Below are positions 25,877 through 38,900 of a DNA stretch of 64,000 nucleotides, in pieces. The notes beneath the pieces were generated by a model that made no database searches, was not told the DNA's origin, and saw nothing but the letters and a program-made list of their open reading frames with translations. Each line of letters begins with the position of its first letter. Position 1 is the first letter of the stretch. A program made the translations under genes and the position numbers. Source of the stretch: Antedon mediterranea. Its lineage: Eukaryota; Animalia; Echinodermata. The DNA lies in contig NC_092679.1 of assembly GCF_964355755.1 (NCBI RefSeq), forward strand, positions 20,691,432 to 20,755,431, written 5' to 3'.

Positions 25877-26334
25877 AGTTGTATCTTTACATTTAAAATT
25901 GCGTCTTGCTTATATGAAGCGTGTAAGCTAATTAGTTTTTTTTTTGTTCGTTTGGTCTGTAAGATTATCACGTGTATGCAAATTCAGGTTAATTTATATG
26001 CAAATGGTATGTTTTGTTGTACTACCTGTTTAAGTTTTGACTTAATATTAGTAAAAAGAATAATATTTTGGCACATATGGCGTGTCATACGTATACTACT
26101 TGAACTTTTATTTTCAGACAAAAATCGAAAAGACAATAAATACAGACTTGGAGCAAGTTATACCTGTACATGCATACATGTACATACATACAGTGTTTCA
26201 TATAAAATAGGCGAAGTTAACGGTTAGGGTCTATGATACAGGCGTCACATATGTTTCATGTAATCTTGTATCTAGGACTTGCCTATGTTACTGGACGAAA
26301 TTAGATACAGTAACGATAATCGGCCACACGCATG

Positions 26335-29300
26335 TCATCGACATATATGACACCCAAATAATAGATTCATTTCTTGACGAATCACATCACGCGGCATATG
26401 TAACTTATTTGGCGTATAAAATGATAAGTTCATGTCCCAGACATCTAGAAAGACTGCACCCGATCCCTCAAAAACCTTATATAAAAGTATATTATATTCA
26501 CTAAATATATAATCATTTCCGAACATGTAAAAATATATGCTTTTATGATTGCGAGGGTGGGATCCCTTTACGGCGACAGTTGCCTCAGGGCACCGTTTTA
26601 GAAAATCTACGACGGCGTGTTTGATTCCGTAAAGACGGTCGAGGTAGCTTTGCTCTGTCCATTGGCCGTAATGCGCCCAAGGGCCGACTACTATGACACG
26701 GTTACAGTCCGACATTTCTCTGATAAGGTCGCCTTCAAACTGCATGTTTGCGAATGGGATGATACGTTGTTCTGAAAGGATGCAAAGTGGATGGAAATTA
26801 AAAGTGATATCAATGTCATAGTCCTCTACACGATGAAACATCTGAAGAGCGTTTTCATATCTGTCGCCGTTGTATATATTAACAAGTTCATGAAACCACT
26901 GTCGAAAAGTTGAATCACCCAACAAGGATATGTTTGTGTGCCGCATACAGGATTTTAAATCTTGGTTGATATTTTTAAACGAGTTGTTGCATTGATATGA
27001 TTTCCATTCGTTGTTCATCCAAACCCCATCAGACTGCACGTCTTCAGAATCAATAACGCGCTCTTGCATCGTTTCGTGTCCTGGATCTGAAACAGTCAAC
27101 ATGATTTTATATTAGTTTCGAAATATTAGCATTGCCTATTCAACTATTATAACGAACGTCGCACATTTGAAATATTATAGGTGTATTGTCCACCAAAAAA
27201 TGAAGATTAATAAAATCAGACTTTGAATATGCCATTTTATAGTTTTAATAGAATAGAAATAGAAAAAACTATCGAAAAAAATAATGATTTTACTTATAAA
27301 ATTAAAAAATAGACGGTTAAATTCAATTAAAAACCCATTGGCAGCCAATTTGCTTTAAATTACTGGGTTTTTTTTCAGATAGATAATTTTGTTTTCGATA
27401 AAAATTTTGGTCAAAGTGATTAACTATTATGCGACATTAAAATGGAATTTCAACAATTTTTTTAATGATTTTTTCAGGTGACAATAGGCCTATATCTTTT
27501 ATTTTTTATAGAAAAAAGAACACTAATACATCTGATTGAACGTACCTCCTAAATATATTTCATAATCTTTGACTACATAAAACTCCAGATTTTTTCTAAA
27601 AAATGTAACAAAAACTTATTATTATTTTGGTGGATTAAACATTGTGTTGTATTGTGGATATGGCTGACTGGATAAATACAATTGAGCAGATTATTGGATG
27701 TATCCATAAGATCAATAAATAAGAGAATTATATAAATGTGCATATATACATATATTATTATATTTATAGAACTATAATAAAAGTGGGACGAACCCACACA
27801 AGACAAAAAAAAAGATGTATCCATAAGATTCCGGGTTCGAATCTTGGTTAGGGCGACTTTTGTGTTTAAGTTCTTCCTAATTTTCACCATTTAAAAACTA
27901 TAAATGTATCACTGGGCTGTTTGGAATTTCTCCTATATACTTTCAAATATCATATATACAGTACCTAGGCCTATATATAAATAAGAAATCCTGTGACGTT
28001 TTGCATAGGTTAAATTAAAAAACGTATAAGGTCTTTTGTATATTGGATAATTATGTAGGCCCAGATATAGGCTACTATTTAAACAAAAGTAAGAATTGCA
28101 ATATGAATATTAACGAATATTAATATTTTCATGAGAATAAATAAACCATTATATTATTACCCTTTGAATAGTTCAGTATTGTTTCCTAACAAAAGATTTG
28201 CTTCGTTTAGAATGTCTTCACCAGAACCACGGTATGAAACTAAATTATTACATAAACAAGTTTTCGGTTTTTCACAGGTTAACGTTGTGTTACCAAGCGC
28301 TTCGACATTTGTATATAAACACACATTATAAATATTCTCTCTATTACTATGTTTTTCTATGTAACATAACGTATATTCTTCAGAATCTGTGTTACATTCG
28401 TAAATTCCGCTCCAAAATATCCTCTTTTCTTTTTTCCACATCTTTTCCCGTATCCACGTTACTGTATCAGAATGATGTACTCTTAAGATAGAGAGGTTAG
28501 CTGGGCCAGCCCACGCATGCGCAAAATGAAACGAGTATGTGCCATTGTCGTGGTCTATCACTTTACCCGCGGTGCTAAAATTTATGTTATCAACATTCAC
28601 GCTACTTAAAGTTGGATAAAAGAAGTCTCCTCCGTCCGAATATTTAATTATTTTCTCAGAAACGTAAGTGTCTAGTCGGATTGATATAACATTTCCAGAT
28701 TGCAAAGACTTTTTTAAATACGATACATAAAATAATTCGTTTTCCAGTGTTTGGAATATTCCTGTTCTTTCGTCGTCTGATTCAAAACAATTTACAGTTG
28801 ATCTTGTCTGATTGTCTTCTAGTTTCCACTCAGTACAGTTTTCTATCCACGTTGAATAAATTAGGTTTTCATCCGGGACATACACGTATGATCTAAATAT
28901 AGAGTATTTAGTTTTCTACAAAATAAAAGCAAATTAAGTGAAAGTTTACCGACAGAACTTAGAAATAACAGTTATTCTTCCTGGTATGTTTGCTAAATAC
29001 AACTAAACGAAAAATATACATGTATATATATATATATATAAATCAAAGAGCTGCATAGGCAGGATATAGAAAAAAATCAAGATCAAATAAGTTAAAACTG
29101 CCTCAATATAGATTTATTTTAACGACATGTTTCGGGCATAGCCCATCATCAGGTGAAAAGAATTGTAACAAAGGATAACATATATAAGTCACAAAATTAA
29201 AGATGTTAACAAACAAAAGGCATAGTTATAAAGGCACGCCTCCAAAAGCTATGGTGTACAAAGCAGGAATGGTTGCTTATAAAGCAGGAAATTTAAAACA

Positions 29301-32300
29301 AAGACAAAAGCTTCAAGTGTAAATAATTGTTAATATGTGTACAGCCACATCAAAACCAGGCGCTTGTCGCTAGATAGGGATTTGTGTAAAATGCATTTGA
29401 ATGTGTGAAACTCATATTTTGACCATTTTGTTTTTTTACCATTATCTGATAGGAAATTTACCGTAGATTTCAAAAATATATATCTTATTAACTAATTCAA
29501 ATGGAAAGGTGGTAAAAATTACATAAATCTGAGCCTCTATCCTCGTGTTTCGATTGAAAGAACGTGGTAATTCGTTATAAAAAAGCAGTTATTTTTGTCA
29601 TTCCTACGCCGTAATTTTGTAGATAACCCCTGAAAGCTTGGTATCATTCGATAGGTATTTTGTTCATGAATCTAAAAATAAATGAGTGATGTCACAGATT
29701 GTACGATATAGACCAATAAAAACCGATTTTATAGAACCCTTTAGTGTAAACAAAAACGGCCTTGTTGCTACGAACACGCTGAAAGAAGCGATGTGATTGG
29801 TTTAATTTTGTCACATGACCCATCCAGCATGGAAAATTCCAGGTCAACAAAATCTTATCGCTAGTACACGCTTGTCGAGAAAAATATATTTTTTATAGTT
29901 CATCTAAGTACTGTACACAGTAATACTAAAGTGACGTGTACTGACTCAGACTTGATAACAATAAGTTATAACATACTAAAGTAAAGGGCCTAGCTAAGTT
30001 ATTTATCGTAAGAGTTGATATTAGCAATGTAACTCTCAATCCACTGGCACTAGGCCTAGGCCTAGCTAGGTTCAGTAGGCTAGACCTGGCTCTACTAGCC
30101 TAGGCCTAGTACTATAAGCCTAGACTAGGCGGAGATCCGCCTAGGCCTACTACTACGCTGGGCTACTAGCCTAGATAGGCTGCATGGCATAGTAGGCCTA
30201 GCTAGCTAGTAATAATAATAGTAATAACAACAACAAGGCCTAGCCCAATTAAAATAAGATAGAGTTTTCCTCTCTATAGTATAATAAGCCGGGTCCTCCT
30301 GGAAGGCTTTACTTTACTTACTAGGCCTACTGCTGGGCTATTTTATTTATTTCAATTTGGTTAAATTTCATTATGCTTAAAAATTGCCAATGATGGGTTG
30401 GGTGTGTGGGGAGTGTGTGCAAAACATAAACCGTAAAAACCAGTACAATACAAATCCCTCACAAATAAAATACTGGTACCTTGGCTAAATTTCACGTTAT
30501 TCATCATGTTTAAAAACATTGTTCAAGCTAACAGGTGTGTCTATCTGTCATGATCAGACCAGGTGCTGGTTCAACAATAGACGTATTACATAACATTAAC
30601 AACAGTAAAATCCAGTACAATACAAATCCCTCACAAATAAAATACTGGTACCTTGGCTAAATTTCACGTTATTCATCATGCTTAAAAACATTGTTCAAGC
30701 TAACGGGTGTAGCTATCTGTTATGGTGCTGGTTCAACAATAGAATACATAACATTTTTTGAAGGTTTGCATGGCGAAATCAAATGTTGATATAAAGTTTG
30801 CGGTACACCACGTATATTAAGTCTGAAAAGAACTGTTGAGTTTCTCTTACATACATAACATTAACACTAAAAACCAGTACAATACAAATCACTCACAAAT
30901 AAAATACTGGTAATTGAATTTTGCCGACCAGAAACGAGGGACATTGTGTGCCCTGCGCCATTTTGAACAAAAAGCAGATAAAATAAAGTAAAAAGAGAAA
31001 TAAAATTGAATAAAGTTCATTAATAAAATGTTTGCTGTTTTTTTAAAATTTGTTTAGAACTAATAATAAGCTAAGGCAATCTTCCTGAATACCTACTAGT
31101 AGGCCTACTGTTTTATTCTTACACTACACTATTATAAATGAATTTGACAGATTTTACGTAAATTAGTGGTACTTTGTAATCGTCATAATTAACTATGATA
31201 ACCACCTCGGATTTTGATGATATTTTCATGAATATCAGAAAACACTATATTGAATAAGTGTGCCAAATTTCAGAATGATTGTTTATCTAGAAAGTAGTGT
31301 TGCTAAGGTGTTAATTGTTCAAACTGTAACAGCATGGGGCAACTTCCTGCCTGATTTGTCATTAAACTTTGACTGTTAATTACTCAGTAATTACAAATAA
31401 ATTGTTGTATAAATGCTATATACATTTATTGCCATAACTCTGGGAATATTTGCTTGATTTAAATGATCCAAACACCATTTTGAAGGATATATTGTGAGGA
31501 ATACCATTATAGTATCAACTAAAAAAATATATATTTCACCAAGTGCCTGGTTTTGATGTGGCTGTACACATATGTGAATGTCTCTGGCAAAATTAATGTT
31601 TAAAGGATCTAAATTGTACATTTATGCCGGTAGGGGCAAGAGTGCCAAGCTTTACAATTATTCTTTCTTCTATAATTCTACGAGATGTCTCAGAACCATT
31701 ACATACTTTAACACCAGAAATAGTAATATCCGAAAGGGAATGCTCATTATTACAAAAATGGGTGGCTACAGGTAATCCGGGAGTTTATATATATATATAT
31801 TTTGTAAACAAATAATTATATAGATACAAAATATAGTGTAAAATTATAAATATTTTAACAATAAGATATTTATAATTTTCGTCACTATATTTCAAGTCTT
31901 GAATGAATAGTATACAACACAACATAGCCTTGATAAGTCAATCAAGACAATTATAGAAAAGAGCTAGTGTGATATTAGTGAACAAAACAATGATAAATAA
32001 CACAAACAGTATACACAGGGCAGTTAATTTATATATGAAAATTGTAATATATTAAAATTCGTTTGTTATTTAAAGATTCCCATATAGGTTCATTATCTCT
32101 TTTGTTTTTCTCAATATTGTTACTATCGAAAATCACTTGCACTGATGAAGTGTTGCCAGAAAGCTCTTTTTGTATCGCTTTAATTTAGCTTTTTGCTTTT
32201 TTAAAATGTTGTAACTCTATTGAGATCCAGCCACTGATACCCACAGCATTGTCATTTTTTCAGTGCTTTGCCTTTGAATTTATATACTTACATATAGACA

Positions 32301-32363
32301 GGTTCCTGCTAGCAAAATACACGTTATTGATATGAAAAGCAGCCTTCTTGAAGTGGTGGACAT
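26335..32363 (-). CDS. NXPE family (neurexophilin/PC-esterase domain) type II membrane protein, NXPE3-like
   Basis: Five in-phase exons: 32363-32292 (MSTTSRRLLFISITCILLAGTCLY signal anchor), 29002-28950, 28892-28161 (GGDF, DHDNGTY), 27595-27546, 27086-26335 (LLGDSTFRQW nucleophile motif; DVWDM...KLHMP). No stops or frameshifts were seen. Confidence 0.88.
27178..27490. mobile_element. ~320-bp MITE (Kolobok-like), copy 1
   Basis: gtattgtccacc...ggtgacaata termini; internal aaatgaagattaataaaatcagactttgaatatg and aaaacccattggcagc are shared with 33408-33750. Confidence 0.65.
29117..29159 (-). ncRNA. Minimal type I hammerhead ribozyme (PLE-associated)
   Basis: Minus strand uuuucac-CUGAUGA-u-gggc-uau-gccc-GAA-acaugu-C-guuaaaa: conserved core, stem II gggc/gccc, palindromic stem III acaugu, stem I with one mismatch. 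Confidence 0.8.
29333..31573. mobile_element. 2.24-kb non-autonomous DNA transposon nested in the PLE
   Basis: 34-bp terminal inverted repeats atatgtgtacagccacatcaaaaccaggcgcttg / caagtgcctggttttgatgtggctgtacacatat (1 mismatch). No transposase ORF; internal aggcctag low-complexity tract and ~172-bp direct repeats (30430-30910). Confidence 0.85.
32135..32280 (+). repeat. ~150-bp hammerhead-containing dispersed repeat (PLE pLTR-like), copy 1
   Basis: ttgca-ctgatga-agtgttgcca-gaaagctc...ttgagatccagccactgatacccacagcattgtcattttttcagt. Confidence 0.7.
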
Positions 32364-32553
32364 TACGATTGCTGTAAAAAAAATGTAATACCAAGTATCA
32401 AGTATAATCTTTATTCGTTCCCACAAGGAGAAAATTTACCAAATGATACCGAACGATTTAAAACAACAGTATAATCTTTTTCAAAAAAAAAAAATGTGAT
32501 GTGCCTAAATATGGTAGTGATATGACATCATTCTCAAGCAGAAATTGTAAGAC

Positions 32554-32581
32554 CATGGCCTAAAGATTTCTTTAGTCCATG
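32554..32581. mobile_element. Putative P-like footprint
   Basis: gtaagac[catggcctaaagatttctttagtccatg]gtcagac. Confidence 0.6.
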
Positions 32582-33407
32582 GTCAGACTAGACAAATAGT
32601 TTTTGGTTAAATTTAACCGTTATTACAACTGTGAAATGGTCTATTCGAAGACTTATTTGATTAATCTGTTTTGGAGTGCAATATATATTTCAATTTTCAT
32701 TATAAACAATTATTATACCAAATTATTAATTATGACATAAGCTTAAACAATATTGTTCTAATCTTGTGTTCAATATAAGGGCGTATTATAGTGATCACAT
32801 TGAGGTGTCAGTAATACATAGGCCTATTTAAAAACCACTAAATGAATAATGCAAGTCCTACCTGTCAAAATCAAACTTCAGTTCAAAAACGTTTCCATTT
32901 AAAAGGTATCTGTTCAGTTGAAATCATAAATACCTGTTTTGTCGCTGCGTTGAAGAGCATAACCGCACTATATACATGATGCTTTTAGTATATATGCACA
33001 CACAGTATTGCCAGTATTTACTATCAGACGATAACACATAGGCTAACCAACCTTTAGTATTGTTGCTGGTCGTGACAACGATACGTTGTAGACCTGTACA
33101 TTTAAAACTCATTGACGTAAATACGGTATTGCATGTACGTAACTTTGATATGAAATGATGAATGAATAGCTTAAAACAATGATTTAATCAATCTGTAATA
33201 TTTAAAGAATTAACCAGCGATCTTCTATTAGAGATCCTAAATTTAAAAATGTGGTTGTTGAACTTTGTACGAATTGTTTGCGAATAGCACACAACATCAA
33301 GTATCTGATACAAAGATACATTAGTATGTTGCGATTAGAATCCAACGTAAATATTGGTAAACATTGTTGTTTGAAAGAATGAATCAATAAACATTAAGTG
33401 TGTTACT

Positions 33408-33750
33408 TAAAGATGTATTTTCCCTCAAAAACATGAAAAATGAAGATTAATTAAATCAGATTTTGAATATGTTATTTTGTAGTTTTAATAAAGTTTAATA
33501 AAGAAAAAAACATTTAAAAAAATAATGTTTTCACTGATAAAATGACAAAATAAATGGTAAAATCAATCAAAAACCCACTGGCTGGCAGCAAATTTGAACA
33601 TTTTTTGCTTTAAATTACAGTTTTTTCAAGTAAAAACATTTTTTTTAGACCCAATTTGTGGTGAAAGTTGATAACTATTATGTTGTACTAAAATGGCAAA
33701 TTCAACAAAAACTTTTGTTAAGAATTATTTTTTCAGGGGGACAAACATCA
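33408..33750. mobile_element. ~340-bp MITE (Kolobok-like), copy 2
   Basis: ttaaagatgtattttccctc...gggggacaaacatc termini, similar to 27178-27490. Confidence 0.65.
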
Positions 33751-33789
33751 ATACACAAAAACATATACCAATTATCCGAGACAAAAATA

Positions 33790-34085
33790 ATTATGTGTTA
33801 ACAAAACAAGAAGAATGGATTAAAAGAATTAAACGAGGGAGACTAAAATGGTATGGACACATAATTAGATTACCGGATGATACCCCAATCAACCAAATAA
33901 TGAAGGAAACGCATAGGAAAGTAAAACGACCCGTAGGAAAACCAAGAAATAACTGGATGAACCAAATAAAGAAAGACTTACAAGGACACTAACACAATAA
34001 CAAACCATTCTGCCATAAACAGACAAAAATGGAAACAAATTGTGGAAAGCGTAATGTCGGAGGACGAAAACCGTTAAGAAGAACG
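33790..34085 (+). mobile_element. RTE-like LINE 3' fragment
   Basis: Translates W..RIKRGRLKWYGHIIRLPDDTP...KRPVGKPRNNWMNQIKKDL, typical of the RTE ORF C-terminus. A related fragment lies at ~48510-48650. Confidence 0.8.
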
Positions 34086-34321
34086 TGATCTTGTTTATCA
34101 CTGTTCTGTGATAGTAGCAAAGAATTATCAAATCTTCGTACAAATTTCAAACAACCAAATTTTTAAATTGAGTATCTGATAAAAGATACATTAGTATGTT
34201 GCGATCAGAATCCAACGTAAACATTAGTAAACATTTTTTGAAGGTTTGCATGACGAAATCATTAGTTTTGATATAAAGTTTGCGGTACAACACGTATATA
34301 TAGTTCTGTTATATATTACTC

Positions 34322-34478
34322 CAAAGGCAAATTACTGAAAAAAATGACAATGCTGTGGGTATCAGTGGCTGGATCTCAATGGAGATACAAAATAAAAGCG
34401 AAAAGCTAAATCAAAACGAGAAAATAAAACAGGCAGAAAAGTTAGCAGAGCTTTCGGGCAAGACTAGCCCTTATTACT
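34322..34478 (-). repeat. Hammerhead-containing dispersed repeat, copy 2
   Basis: Minus strand agggctagtcttgccc-gaaagctc-tgc...ttgagatccagccactgatacccacagcattgtc; the CUGAUGA box is mutated. Confidence 0.7.
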
Positions 34479-34838
34479 GTTATATATTAGATGTGTTACT
34501 TAATCAAAAACGTATACCAATTATCCGAGACAAAATAATTAAAATTTTAATATATAAAAACGATCTCACATCATGAATAAATTATTAGAAAACTGTATTA
34601 CACTATAAATTGCATCAATAACAATCCGAAACTATCAATATTAGATATATTAACTAATAACAAGTATTAATTTAATAATGTGTACACTTCAATCAGGTGT
34701 CTTATTCTCTATACAAAATGTGTTGTAAAATCACATTTGAAAAAAAAATCTTACTTAAATATGATGACGTCAGACTACACGCAATGATACGTCATTCTTG
34801 ATACCAGTATTTGAACAAAATATTATAACACATATAAA

Positions 34839-34860
34839 CATGGACGAATTATTGTCCATG
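34839..34860. mobile_element. Putative P-like footprint, perfect 7-bp TSD
   Basis: atataaa[catggacgaattattgtccatg]atataaa. Confidence 0.6.
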
Positions 34861-35912
34861 ATATAAACAATTAAATCAAAGGCATAATACACTTTATAGA
34901 TAATTTTTGATTCAAGAAAAATAATTACATATTTGGCATTCAGATCATTAAATCTGTTTGAAATTTAAAAAAAAAATAAAGAAATAAAAAAATAATTTAG
35001 ATCCTGGACGGAATATAAAACCGATGCTTTTTACACAAGTTAACGTAAACGTAACGTTTTATATTATAAAACTAACTCTTAAAAATAAATATTGCATTCA
35101 TTGTTAATAAAATTTATTTATAACTAATGTTGTTGATAATATGCTATATAGCGTTATTTCGTGACGATCAAAAATAGTTTGCTCAGATGGACTGTTCCAT
35201 TTTTTTTAAAGACATGGCTGATTTATGTGAACATGGCAATGGTTTATCCAGGTAAGTATTATTTTTATGATACTGAAAAACGATTTGTAACACATAATAA
35301 ATATTATCTGATTCAATTAATATCGATAAATACCTTATTTAATTAATTTTCAATTTTTATATATTTTTATTGAATTTTTTGGCAATTTATTTATCTAACT
35401 CTACTGCACCATAATACCAACTTCTTTGGCTTGAAAAAAATAATAAAAATAGTTTATTTTACTGTTAAAGACACAAACCAAAATATAGTCTTTTTTATCA
35501 AGTTGTTACAAAATCTATTCACTCTGAAAAGTAAATATATCATCTGTAAAAACTAAAAAAAGAAATCAAATATAGAAATAATATTAAATTATTCTTAGAT
35601 CGCCAATAGAAGATCCTATACCAAATTTGAACTATGGTTGACAGGTTCACAGATTTACTAAATAGTTAATATCTAAAATAAATGCTCTGAAATTATCAAA
35701 CTATCACACTCTCCTCAATTCAACATTTTTTAGACTTTCCAACCAATAACTAAACTATAATCATTTATTAGTAATTAGGTAATCAACACTGATGGGTGGA
35801 TTGTGATTATCAAGGATATTTATATTTTTTGTACATTTCATTTGCAGCAATGTTTTTAATAACTCTATATTTCTTATTTATCTTTTTAATCTTTCCTTCG
35901 TTTCATTCATTT

Positions 35913-38900
35913 TCATTGTAATTCATCTTCATATTGTTTCCTAAAGCAGTCACCAACTGGGAAGAAATCCCAGCAACGTTCCTGGTACAACTGCCAGACA
36001 TACGATTCCTGAAAAAATAAATAGCAGAGGAATTATGTACGAGGTTGAAAAACATTGTACTTCTTATCAATATTTAAATCAAAGTTGAAGATTAAATTTA
36101 AAAAAGGTCTAACCTGGCCAGTGTGTTCCGTCTCGTCTTTATTAATCAAATACATTAGGAAAAACCTGTAAAAAAAAACAAACAAATATTTATAATTATT
36201 TATAAACTTGTAGAATACATTGAGTTTATATGTACATAATATTTACTTTACTTATTATATTTCCTTTGACCTTTAGAAAATGTATAAATTTTGTAGTAAT
36301 AAATAATTTCCTTACAAATTCTAACAAATCTCAGAATTCAATCTGAGTTCAATCTCAGAGTTCAATCTCAGAATTCAATCTAAGAATTCAATTTCAGAGT
36401 TCAATCTCAAAGTTCAATCTCAGATTTCAATCTCAAAAAGAAGTTTGAACAATCTGGAGATCACCAATGTTATATTTTTCTTTGCATTTCATAATACTAG
36501 CATATTTTAGAATATATATCTATGAAATAGTCTTTGCAAAATATGCAGTCGCATCTCCTCCTTTCGGACAACCCTATTAGGGTGGAGACACTTTGTTGTG
36601 GCCTCGAAAGTGTCCACTTAACAGGGGTTCGTCCCCTGTACTTACATGTAGTTTGAGAAGTCATGCTCTTTAAGAGTGTGCTCATCAAAGCCATGTGGTA
36701 CTTTATCAAAATACTCTTTTCCTATCCCACATATAAAACATTTTGTCTGAGAAAGAAAATAAATAATTAAAAATATGTTAAATATGTATTAATATACATA
36801 TATATCTATACTATTTTTACTTGCATGGAGGAAGGGTTAGTATTACCCAAAAGCTCTGCAAATTCTTTCTGGCTGTTTTACTTTGTTTTATTTATCTTTT
36901 TGCTTATTTTATTTCTTCACAGCTACTGATACCCAAAGCATTGTCATTTTTCAGTAATTTGCCTGATTATATATAACAACAATTTCAGAAAATGTGTTTA
37001 TAGAGTATTTAAATATTTTATTTTCAATACGCAAAATATGAGAAAACCATATTGAGGGAAAGGATGGTAGTAATGAGAGGAGCTAAGATTTGGACCAAGG
37101 ACTCTGGGATTTGTAAGCAAGCATGTACCTCCATGTCATTTTTTACTTGCTCTAGTTGATCTCTCAATTCACCAAATGCATCGATGATTAAACCTGCAAT
37201 TAGACAAATACATAAGATTAATAATAAGAACTAACATATATCTATCCTATATTATATTAATTAATTAACATTAGTTCAAAATCTGTTAAAAGACTGTTAG
37301 AAGTGTTTGAAGTTTTACAATGGGTGCAAAACCAATGTAAGTAAACCAGTGAAATTTGTTTATTTTTTTTGTTTTTTTATTTTTATAAGATTTAAATTAC
37401 CAATTTGTTTTACTAATTGTTTTTGTTTTAGATTTTTTTTACATATCAGTAAATGTTTTCAATGCAACCTTACAGACTTGATGAACTGTATTGATGACAA
37501 ATTTTAAGATTAGATTAGATTAGATTACTAGGATGATTTTCTGTTTGTAAATGGGGTTTCACTAGAAGTCACCAATGGCTCACAAGCCTTCTTATTACTA
37601 CAGTGGTAACAAGGGAACATCAGGTCCACAAAAGTGTCCCCCTAATAGGAGTGTCCCAAAGGAGTGGTTCTATTGTATATAGCTTCCATGCAGTATGTTT
37701 AGTCACAAACCCTGAATAATAGCAAGTAAGATGACAATAACGAAGAAGAAGAACGTGATGTCGAAGATAATACGGTACATCTCGTTATCGTCTCCATCGG
37801 GTGGCTCGATTTCATCAGCTGTCGGTGAACAAATATTTAAAAAATCGATAAAAAATGTAATTATTATCAATATTTTTTTTTCACACAAGATGTGATCATT
37901 ATATTAAAAATTATTATTTATAAAGTTTTATAATTGTTTTACACAATACGCAGTGTATAATGTATATTTATAATTAAATATTTAGTCACTTACCAATACC
38001 ACCCCCGGAGCGAAGTCCAGTATGCAAGTGGAAGACAAAGCACTACAAAATAAAAAAATATAGTGAATAATTAATAATCTGTAAAAGATGATGTCGATGT
38101 TTAAACCAGAAACTGAATTCTACATTATATCTATAGCATGACGAGTTAGAAGTAGAATTGTGGTTTGAACATTGTGTGAAGATGCCAAAACAACTTTCTA
38201 AAGCTCTGTCTATAATAACTAACTGTGACAAAAAATATGTCATGTGCCCATAATGGATACAATGATGTCATATCACTACCCTATTTGGGCAAATCGCACT
38301 TTTTTTGTCAAACTATATAGTTAGTGTTGACAGCACTTATTGAAGTAATGCATCATTGCGTGCATACTTGTAACAAACAAACTGGTATTTATTTGAATTC
38401 ACTAGTATTAAATAAAATAAATACTAATAATTCTGCACTTACAGTAAGCATGTCATGACATTTGAGGTCAACTTCATCCCCTTCTTCGTTTTTGTAAAAC
38501 TTACGAAAGAAGTTGAAGGCAATGACGGTGTAAAGGTAGATGATAACGGAGGTCATCAGTAAGGTCAACACAAGCTGAGAAAACAAATCGCAAAAACAAA
38601 GATATTTAGTTGTTTTCTCCATAAGTTCTCTACCAGTATGGGTATGGGTTACATACAGTGGTAAGTAATGATTTACTAGTCTCAGTTGAGCACAAGGCCT
38701 ACCTGTTTGCCATTGTGAGTGACGGATTGAAGAACCGTTCGTAAAGTCTTGAATCCCATTGCCACATCCAACAAATGAGCGGCAAAGAAAAAGTAATTAA
38801 CGTGTCCGAGTATTGACAGCAGGAGATACGCAGCAATATACAGGAATGACTACAAAAATTAAACACATACAAATAGCTTTATTTTATTCCATTTCACTAA

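Larger units (their letters stand above)
29041..31786 (-). mobile_element. 5'-truncated Penelope-like retroelement (GIY-YIG C-terminus + 3' end with hammerhead), interrupted by a DNA element
   Basis: The minus strand of 31786-31593 translates TPGLPVATHFCNNEHSLSDITISGVKVCNGSETSRRIIEERIIVKLGTLAPTGINVQFRSFKH*, matching the PLE GIY-YIG C-terminal pattern (PVAxHF...E...I.KL.TL.P.G.N). The 3' part carries a hammerhead motif and AATAAA. (TA)n runs flank both ends. Confidence 0.85.

Noticed and set aside
32924-33112. 62-aa ORF as NXPE first coding exon
   Set aside because: No signal anchor; the in-phase anchor exon is 32363-32292. This region is more likely 5'UTR.
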